Positions 19,080 through 26,562 of a stretch of 64,000 nt of DNA are shown here, one piece after another. Below the pieces are notes generated by a model. The model was not told the origin of the DNA. It saw nothing but the letters and a program-made list of their open reading frames with translations, and ran no database searches. Position 1 is the first letter of the stretch. Each line of letters opens with the position of its first letter. Made by a program: the position numbers and the translations under genes. Origin of the DNA: Nitrospirales bacterium (GTDB lineage Bacteria > Nitrospirota > Nitrospiria > Nitrospirales > UBA8639); the NCBI GenBank assembly GCA_041737015.1, contig JBGSSO010000381.1, forward strand, positions 1,304 to 65,303. Direction: 5' to 3'.

Positions 19080-19961
19080 TCACACTCCACTCCCATACCG
19101 GCGCATCACCACAAGCTGGCCGATTGCCGCCACAATCATAAATACAAAGAGAATAAAGGCCACGGCGGATGCCGATCCCAGGCTCCACCATTTAAAGCCT
19201 TCTTCATACATCAGATAAATAATGCTGAGCGTACTCTGGACGGGTCCTCCCTGTGTCATCACATAGGGTTCGGCAAAAAGCTGGAAGTATCCGGCCATGG
19301 TTAGCACCCCGACGAGAAACAGTGAGGGAATCAGAGAAGGCAGAGTGACATTGAAAAAACGCTGTCGGGCATTGGCCCCGTCAATCCGCGCAGCCTCATA
19401 CAAATCGCCGGGTATCGCCTGGAGGCCCGCCAGAAGAATGATCATATTGTAGCCAAAATTTTTCCAGACCGCGAAAAGGATGATGGACGGCATGGAAAAA
19501 TGCGGATCACCCAGCCAGTCCACAACGGGGAGACCCAACCAGTCGAGGGAATAATTGATCAAGCCATAACGGGTATGCAGGAGATATCGCCAGATCACCG
19601 CCACGGCCACAATCGTCGTCACGACGGGCGCAAACAGTGCCGTCCTGAAAAATCCTTTGAACCGAACCATCTGCCCATTCAGCAACAGAGCCCCCGCCAG
19701 TGACACGAACACCGAAAGGGGCGCACCGACGAGCACGAAATACAGCGTATTACCCAGGGCCTGCCAGAACAGCGGCCGTTGCAACAGCTCAATATAGTTT
19801 TGGAAACCCACAAACCGGAGGTTGCTAAGGTCGGCCAGAGCATAGATATCAAAGTCCGTCAGACTGAGGGCCAAGGCAGCCAGCACCGGCAGAAAGAAAA
19901 AGACGGCAATGATCGCCAGCGCCGGCCCGGCAAACAGCCAACCTGCCACAGAGGATCTCAC
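19080..19961 (-). CDS. Carbohydrate ABC transporter permease (MalF/UgpA type)
   Basis: FVGFQNY; EAA motif LYEAARIDGAN; multiple TM segments. Confidence 0.95.
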   Translation of the reverse strand: MRSSVAGWLFAGPALAIIAVFFFLPVLAALALSLTDFDIYALADLSNLRFVGFQNYIELLQRPLFWQALGNTLYFVLVGAPLSVFVSLAGALLLNGQMVRFKGFFRTALFAPVVTTIVAVAVIWRYLLHTRYGLINYSLDWLGLPVVDWLGDPHFSMPSIILFAVWKNFGYNMIILLAGLQAIPGDLYEAARIDGANARQRFFNVTLPSLIPSLFLVGVLTMAGYFQLFAEPYVMTQGGPVQSTLSIIYLMYEEGFKWWSLGSASAVAFILFVFMIVAAIGQLVVMRRYGSGV

Positions 19962-21268
19962 GACTCTGCTCCCTCTTCCCGCGCCAGCATCCAGCGACGC
20001 TTTTCAAGAATGCGATCGATCCGGCCATCCAATTCACGCGCCGCCTCGGCAGCCGTCCATTTCTCATGCACCGCACGCTCCGTCACCATGCGCAATTCCT
20101 GCACGATACGTTCCCACTCAGGGATTTTCGGTGCCGGAAGCGCGCGCTCAAGCTGCTCCCTGAAGGCCACAAGATACGGATCTGATTCAAGCCGGTCTCC
20201 GCGCCAGCTTGACCGCCGAGGCGGCAGATTGCCACTGATCTCGTAAAACTGTTGCTGGATGGTTGGACGGGACAGGAATTCAACAAGCCGGAATGCCGCA
20301 TCTTTATGCGCTGAATGTTTAAACACCACCAGGCTGGAACCGCCTGCTGTCGAGGCACCCGGACCCGAAGGCCCCGGCAGGATGGCCGTCATCCAATCAT
20401 CCTGCAGATCGGTAGGCAACCGGCGACGGAATTCACCAATATTCCACGGCCCGGTCAAATAGAAGGTAAAGTGGCCGCGTGCAAATTCATCCCACACATT
20501 GGCAATGTCGGTTTCACTGGAAGGCGGTGCCAGTCCCTTGCGGAAAAAGTCGAGATAAAAATCAAGGGCGGCTACCAGCTCAGGGCTGGAAAAATTGCCA
20601 TACCGGTCACCGTCCCGCAGCAAGGGTACCCCTTGTTGAAGAGCAAGAGACACCTGCATCTCATATTCATTCAGTGGCACGTAAAAGGCAAAGTTGTCTT
20701 TTCCAACATGGTGCTTCACGGCCGTAGCGGCCTGAATCCATTCAGCCCAGTCACGTGGAGGGCGAACAATCCCGGCAGCCCTGAGAATATCCTGCCGGTA
20801 AAAGAGGAGCCGCGTATCCACATACCAGGGCACCCCGTACAGTGTCTCGCCAACCCTGTTCGTCGCCCAAATACCCGGGAAATAATCCTCTTCCTTAATC
20901 ACGGAAGAAGCACCTGCCATCTCGTCCAGCCCGGCAACGGCATCAAGCGCCGCAAACTCCGCTATCCAGGTATTGCCCATCTGGGCCACATCAGGCAGGG
21001 CGTCTCCGGCAAAGGCCGTCAGCAGTTTTTCATGGGCCGAGGTCCAGGGAATCTGCTGGACTACGACACGAACCCCAGGATTCTCGCGTTCAAATTCTTT
21101 GAGCACCTCAGGAACAATCTCCCCTTCACGGCCCATAGCCCAGAACTTAATTTCCAGAATATCATCCTGCCCGCTCCCACTTGTGCATGCGGCAAACATG
21201 GCCGCCAGCAGAATGAAGGCAACTACAAACATCCCCGCTGTTTTTTTTGACGATATTTTTTTGGTCAT
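19958..21268 (-). CDS. Sugar ABC transporter substrate-binding lipoprotein
   Basis: Likely start ATG 21268 or 21298; lipobox FAAC; family-1 SBP motifs (LPDVAQMG, YGVPWYVDTRLLFYR); the ORF-track 5' extension runs into the repeat. Confidence 0.92.
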   Translation of the reverse strand: MTKKISSKKTAGMFVVAFILLAAMFAACTSGSGQDDILEIKFWAMGREGEIVPEVLKEFERENPGVRVVVQQIPWTSAHEKLLTAFAGDALPDVAQMGNTWIAEFAALDAVAGLDEMAGASSVIKEEDYFPGIWATNRVGETLYGVPWYVDTRLLFYRQDILRAAGIVRPPRDWAEWIQAATAVKHHVGKDNFAFYVPLNEYEMQVSLALQQGVPLLRDGDRYGNFSSPELVAALDFYLDFFRKGLAPPSSETDIANVWDEFARGHFTFYLTGPWNIGEFRRRLPTDLQDDWMTAILPGPSGPGASTAGGSSLVVFKHSAHKDAAFRLVEFLSRPTIQQQFYEISGNLPPRRSSWRGDRLESDPYLVAFREQLERALPAPKIPEWERIVQELRMVTERAVHEKWTAAEAARELDGRIDRILEKRRWMLAREEGAES

Positions 21269-21317
21269 ACAGAAATATAGGGGTCCCGGTTCATTCATGT
21301 GTGTCTCTGAAAGATTT

Positions 21318-21770
21318 GTCTCCCCTGCTCCGACGCCTGCCGGCTGGCCCAAGGGAGGGACGCTCTCATCACAACTCGTTTTCCCTAAAGTGATTCCAAT
21401 TAATTTCCAAAGCCATCTTTATCCGTGTGTCCCCCTCGCCGCTGCGGTGACGCCTGCCGGCTGGCCCAAGGGAGGGACGCTCTCATCCGCAGGCGGACCT
21501 TGTTTGAGCCCGGCGAGTTGGGCCGCCCTCCGCAAGTTTGCGTCCGTCCCCTCTTATGAGGCCAGACGGGGCGTCAATGGTTTTGGCCACTTTTGCCGAA
21601 ACAAAAGTGGCTCGACCGCCGGGGCGAAACCCGGCAACACAGAAAATCACGTTGCTACGAAAGTTAATTGCACAAGTGCGATGTGCGAATCAGCCACCGT
21701 TTTTTTTCTAGCCAAATCCAAGATGGACTCCCGATACACATCCTCAAGCTGTAAGGCCAGAAACATACAT
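21318..21770 (+). repeat. ~450-bp structured dispersed repeat, copy 2
   Basis: Direct-orientation homologue of 18612-19079; inverted motif at 21397 and 21659; hairpins at 21586-21611 and 21618-21635. Confidence 0.9.
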
Positions 21771-22435
21771 TCTGAATGATCCTATTTTTCCCAACCTGTT
21801 GTCATGCTTTTCAGTATGCTTTCTGAATGAATGATCGGCTTTGGCATCAGACGGTAATCCGAAGATTGTCCGGATATGAGGTAGCCTTACAAATGGCACG
21901 GCATTGTCAAGACGACCGGGGATTGACTGGCTGGAGCGTTGAATATGAAACCGTCCGGTAATATTTGTTCCAAGGGAATACCGACCATTTCTCCCGGTCT
22001 CAGGCGTTTCAGGTCTGGAGGGAGGTAGCATACGCAAAAAAGATAAAGTAACGATTCTGGGATGGAGCCTTATTTCCTTTGCACCCCTAGGGGCTCGCCG
22101 CTCAGACGCACAAGATAAAAATCTTCCGCGACTTCAATTTCCATTTTCCTCGCCAGCCCTCCCGCTCGCCGCTGAAGCCAGTTTTGGGGGAAATCGGCTG
22201 AAGTTACGACTGACAGACAAGGGAAACCCTACAAAAGCTTAGTCTCTGACCGAAAATTTGTCCGAAGATAAATGCTGTCCGCCGAAGCGCCTGGCGAAAG
22301 TCGTTATAGATGTATTGTGTGCGAAAACCGCCGAGTTCCCCTGCCAGGTCCTCACATGATGGGCTTGAGTAGCAGTTAGCCGGAATGAGTGGTAGATTGG
22401 TCGCACAAGAAAAATTAACGACTCCGGCCAACTTT

Positions 22436-23704
22436 TTATTTTTCCAGCCCCTTTAAATCCTTCAAGAATTTCTCCAATGCTTTCCTATATTGAACTGGAT
22501 TGTCCCATTCACGGAAATCCCCAATTGTTTTTTCCACCACATCCGCTTTGCGGTAATGATTCCACCTTTGTAAAACGAAATCATCTATTCGAATAGGAAC
22601 TAAAACATCAGGGTCATTGCCAGTTCTTCTATGGGAATCTTCCTTCTGAAGAGCCCGTTCAATTTCACGAATCACCGCAGGTGAGTTAAGAGATTTTTCG
22701 CTACAAATCACAATCAGCTTATCGTAAACTCGAATAGCTTCATCAATTTCTTTCATTAGGGGACGCCCAATAGTCGCATCTTCTTTCCATCGCCAACATC
22801 GAACCCCTTCCCCTTGCAGATCATTGTACAAGCGTTGTGCAAATAGATCATCGGACTCGGAAAAGGAAATAAAACACTCATAGAACTGGACAGGATTTTC
22901 CTGTGAGGCTCGTATCAGGGAAGGGAGAAACTCAATGAGAACTTCAGGAAGTCCGCAACCAAGTAAAAAAGTTAGAGGTAAAGAGCCAGACTTTTGAAGA
23001 GTGCGGTGATCGATTGTACACGGCCCCAAAAATCGGCAATTAGAAAGCTTCGCATCCTTTAAATTAGCACCACCAAAAATAACTTCTTTTAAGGTAGATT
23101 TTTCAAGGTCAGCCTCGCTCAAATTGACCCCACAAAAATTTACATCGACAAGCATTGTTTGTCTCAGATCGGCACGATAAAGATTTCCCCCAGAAAAGTC
23201 TGCATTATGAAAGTCCGCATGAGAAAGGTTAGCTCCTGAAAAATTTGCTCTACGAAAGCGTCCCTGACCACCGTTCACCCCTTGCAAATTGGCTTGAGAT
23301 AGGTTGGCATCAAATAAAACCGTTAAACTCAAATTTGCGTTAGTTAAATCTGATTCCTGAAGTTCTGTGTTGCCAAAATTGGCCAAGGGAAGACGTGCTC
23401 CGGATAGTATAGAATTACGGAGGAGTGATCCAGCAACGTCTGTCTCCTGAAGATCTGCCCCAGCAAGATTTGCTCCACAGAGACGCACCACAGAAAGATC
23501 GTATCCACGAAGATTTCGCTGAGACAGGTTTGCTTCGGTTAAATCAGGGATGGAGGAATCTGTTTCAATGAAATTTAGGCGTCCACCATCTGTCCAAGAG
23601 GGGTCGTTCATGCTTTCGGGCCAACGGATAGGATGATCCTTCCTCCACGCATTCCAGGCTTCCCTTCCCTGATCTAAAATCTTTAGATGCTCCGCATTAG
23701 CCAC
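22436..23704 (-). CDS. Pentapeptide-repeat plus C-terminal TIR-domain protein
   Basis: GTG start at 23704 with GAGG RBS; A(N/D)Lxx repeats; TIR motifs CFISFS, DLQxxGVRCW, DKLIVICS, REIERAL. Confidence 0.9.
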   Translation of the reverse strand: MANAEHLKILDQGREAWNAWRKDHPIRWPESMNDPSWTDGGRLNFIETDSSIPDLTEANLSQRNLRGYDLSVVRLCGANLAGADLQETDVAGSLLRNSILSGARLPLANFGNTELQESDLTNANLSLTVLFDANLSQANLQGVNGGQGRFRRANFSGANLSHADFHNADFSGGNLYRADLRQTMLVDVNFCGVNLSEADLEKSTLKEVIFGGANLKDAKLSNCRFLGPCTIDHRTLQKSGSLPLTFLLGCGLPEVLIEFLPSLIRASQENPVQFYECFISFSESDDLFAQRLYNDLQGEGVRCWRWKEDATIGRPLMKEIDEAIRVYDKLIVICSEKSLNSPAVIREIERALQKEDSHRRTGNDPDVLVPIRIDDFVLQRWNHYRKADVVEKTIGDFREWDNPVQYRKALEKFLKDLKGLEK

Positions 23705-24395
23705 GAATTTTCCCTCATGAAGTGCAAGATTTCGTTTGTGGGATACCAATAGTCACCATACTAAATTGGATCAATAAATGGAATGCGTGGCAATAACAAT
23801 AAATTTAAGAGAAGGATCTCCCTAAATACTCTTCACAGTTTTCATTCATCAAGTTTGTATAGTCATTTTTGCCATTGAAAGAAATCAGATCTGGTTATCC
23901 CACATGAGCCACCTACACTCTCGCTATGGCTCATCCGTTGCGGCTTGAATCTCTGGGGCCATCTATCTCATGTCACATTTTGGGGCAATGCTCGACAGGA
24001 CATCCTCCCCGATGATCGAAACCGCACCCACTTTCCTTGAACTGCTGGGCAAACGGTGAGAGACTGATGGACTTCTTTTTCCAAGGGGTAGATAGTCCCA
24101 TCCAAAATTCACTACCAATCCACGCATTGGCATTCGAACGTGAATGCCCGGGTGCAGAGTCTTTCCTGGGTTACACCTTCGAAAGCCTTTTTTTGGGAAA
24201 CAACCCATGATGCTTCCTTCACGCTAAAGAAGTGTAAGGCTCGAGGGGTCTGTCAACACGGAAGCACGCACCTCTGGCCTTTATCACAAAAATTGTGAAA
24301 ATCCCATGATCATTATTGCGGCCTTCATCGGTGCATTGGCGGGAGAAAACAGGAATAGAATAAGGCCAAATACTGGATGAGAGAACCGTGAGGAA

Positions 24396-24779
24396 TTACG
24401 GGGTCAAGAGGCAAGCGTTCCCAGCGTATTCAAAGGTCTTCTCGAATTCATTTCTTGCCTGTAAATAGTCTTCTTCGGCTTCAATCAATTCCTTCGTTCG
24501 CGTTGGGGCCTTCCAGGAGGCCTGGTTGCAGGCTACGGCTCTTCCTACGCTAAAGATTCCGCCTCGTGCACACACCGCTAAATCCGCATAGGCTAAGCGC
24601 TCCCGGCTCCTGGCTAATTGTAATGTCCGTTGATACGCGGTGAGATTCTTTCGAGCCTTGATCACTTTTTCTACGGCGAGGCCACATGAGGGAGAATACG
24701 GTTCGCTGCCGGCAGGACACGTCCAGGCGAGGAGAAGCACAAGCGGGAGACCTATACCAAACAAGAATCTGACCATCAC
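24396..24779 (-). CDS. Small secreted 4-Cys helical protein, paralogue 1
   Basis: Signal peptide; PYSPSC...C..C...CLL pattern shared with the neighbouring gene. Confidence 0.8.
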   Translation of the reverse strand: MMVRFLFGIGLPLVLLLAWTCPAGSEPYSPSCGLAVEKVIKARKNLTAYQRTLQLARSRERLAYADLAVCARGGIFSVGRAVACNQASWKAPTRTKELIEAEEDYLQARNEFEKTFEYAGNACLLTP

Positions 24780-24820
24780 CGATTGATTCCCGATAGAACG
24801 TTCACGCCCATCATGCGTGG

Positions 24821-25198
24821 TTATGGCTCAAGCAGACAGATCTGCTTGGCCTGTTGGAACAATTCCTCAAACGTTTGTCTCTCCTGCCGGTATTGGTCTA
24901 TGGCCGCCAACGCAAACTTGTCGGGTTTTGGGCTGTGCCATTGCGACTTGGAACAATAGACGGGTTTGTCCACACCATCACGCCTCCTGGCAACACAGGC
25001 CTCTGCTTCCCCATACGCGCCAGATTGATGGGCTCTTGCCATTTCCATGGTCCGACGAAATGGCACGAGCGCTTTCCGGGCTGTATTCATCCTTTCTAAC
25101 GCGATCTCACAGGATGGAGAATAGGGTTGGGCGAACGTCAGGGTAGAAAACACAACCGCAAGGCCAAGGATGGCGAGAGGAGAGAGAAGCTTCATCAT
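24821..25198 (-). CDS. Small secreted 4-Cys helical protein, paralogue 2
   Basis: Signal peptide; PYSPSC...C..C...CLL pattern shared with the neighbouring gene. Confidence 0.8.
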   Translation of the reverse strand: MMKLLSPLAILGLAVVFSTLTFAQPYSPSCEIALERMNTARKALVPFRRTMEMARAHQSGAYGEAEACVARRRDGVDKPVYCSKSQWHSPKPDKFALAAIDQYRQERQTFEELFQQAKQICLLEP

Positions 25199-25668
25199 CA
25201 GTCCCGTTCAAGGAAGAGTCGAAGAAGCCTCATATTATCACTGCTTTGACGGGGAAGGACAATACCTGAGTAAAAGGAGGATGTTTAGCCGTGGCTGTTA
25301 GAAACGGTAGGACTATTACCTATAATCAGGGATTGGCATGTACACATTTCAAATTCCGTCTTATAGAAACAAAAAATCATTTAAAGACCCTGAGTCGAAT
25401 TAAGAGCGGTCAGGCAATTGGTGGTGAAGAAAGATGTCCAGATTTATCCGGGCTTCGAGGAGTGCATGACGCGGCATCAGCCCAAACGGGCAATTCAAAA
25501 CATGCCTCATCATCCTCTACACCTCATGGTGATTGCCAGATCCCCGTCATTGCTGAATCATTTCACCGCCAGGCAATACCCATCCCCTAAGCCTTACGGC
25601 CCATGAAATTCCGTTGAGCGCCGCGCTCAACTCGTCAAGCCTATACTCGCGCCCGGTACAGCAAGTGT

Positions 25669-26295
25669 CTACGCCTTCACGACCAGTGCGGGATAGCGAG
25701 CCTGCACGGTGTACCAGTTCCATTGCCCGCCCGCCGTCTGCGTGATGGCTCCCCAGACCTGTGCCGATGGCGGGACATTCCTGAGCACCAGCGACACCGT
25801 CGTCTGGCCACTGAGCGTCCGCGAGCCACTGTTCGCTACCGTGCCGCCCCCGGCATACCCGGATAGGTTAAACGTCGATGTCTGTCCAAAGACCTCGATC
25901 GTGAACACCATGACGTAGGTCGAGACGGCCGTAATCCCGTAGGCTTTCGGCTCAAAGTGCATGGACACGGCAGGATCCCGAGTGGGCGACTCCCGACGAT
26001 CGAATCCGGCATACGGCTTGGCCCCACTTGGCGTATCCGCATCCACCTGAACGATGGTCGGTCTGATGAGAGTCAGATTTGTGCGGCCACGACCGACGGT
26101 CTTGGCGGGGCTCAAGATCTCTATCGGAAAAACAAAAAAGCCGACATTGCGCCAGCCGCTGACCGGTTCGAACATCACTTTGAGATCCTTCAATGGCAGG
26201 TCTGATGGAAATTTGGCGGGATTCACCTTGCGTTTGTTGGATGGTTCAGGTTCGGTCGGCTTTGCAGGTCTCTTGGATGGTTTTTTCTTTGTCAT
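25669..26295 (-). CDS. Hypothetical beta-rich protein with a Lys/Pro-rich N-terminal tail
   Basis: Likely start MTKKKPSK at 26295; GC-rich codon usage unlike its neighbours. Confidence 0.7.
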   Translation of the reverse strand: MTKKKPSKRPAKPTEPEPSNKRKVNPAKFPSDLPLKDLKVMFEPVSGWRNVGFFVFPIEILSPAKTVGRGRTNLTLIRPTIVQVDADTPSGAKPYAGFDRRESPTRDPAVSMHFEPKAYGITAVSTYVMVFTIEVFGQTSTFNLSGYAGGGTVANSGSRTLSGQTTVSLVLRNVPPSAQVWGAITQTAGGQWNWYTVQARYPALVVKA

Positions 26296-26562
26296 GATGA
26301 CTCTCTTTGTGGTGGGTGAAGTCCGTTCGCCTCCCATTTCCTGACCGGGAGATTGCGCTACTCTACTCTTTCCATCTTAAAAATCAACTATCCAACAATC
26401 GAGAGCAATCGTGTTTGAGATGCCCACGAACAGTTTCAGAAGCAGGAGAAACCTGAGCAGGAATCCCCTAGAGTCTTCGTGGCTGAAAGTCATGACGGAC
26501 CTAAGCCAAGAGACCATCTCAAAGGCCGGATCGATCTGGAATTCGGTGAGTTTTTTATTGTG

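Noticed and set aside
18662-21779. ORFs 18662-19096, 18720-19304 and 20973-21779 sharing peptides such as GFGxFCRNKxxSxAGAKPGN
   Set aside because: They are translations of the repeat; the substitutions preserve base pairing rather than amino acids, and there are no credible RBS/starts
21744-22037. Possible remnant of an upstream sugar-locus gene (e.g. GH144 or a regulator)
   Set aside because: None of the minus-strand frames I translated showed a recognisable motif
22070-22430. attC/integron-cassette-like motifs downstream of the TIR gene (GGCTAAC, CTATAAC on the minus strand)
   Set aside because: No matching GTTRRRY partner in the right orientation and no integrase; may be degraded repeat DNA (shares CTCGCCGCT and TTTTCCTCGCCA with the long repeat)
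23904-23934. ATGAGCCA-15 nt-TGGCTCAT inverted repeat upstream of the TIR gene
   Set aside because: A single short hairpin with no U-tract and no attC geometry; function unsupported
23963-24208. 81-aa ORF, or a possible frameshifted pseudogene (alternative frame QKKAFEGVTQERLCTRAFTFECQC..**..ILDGTIYPLEKE)
   Set aside because: It looks protein-like, but I cannot assign either frame to a family; needs blastx
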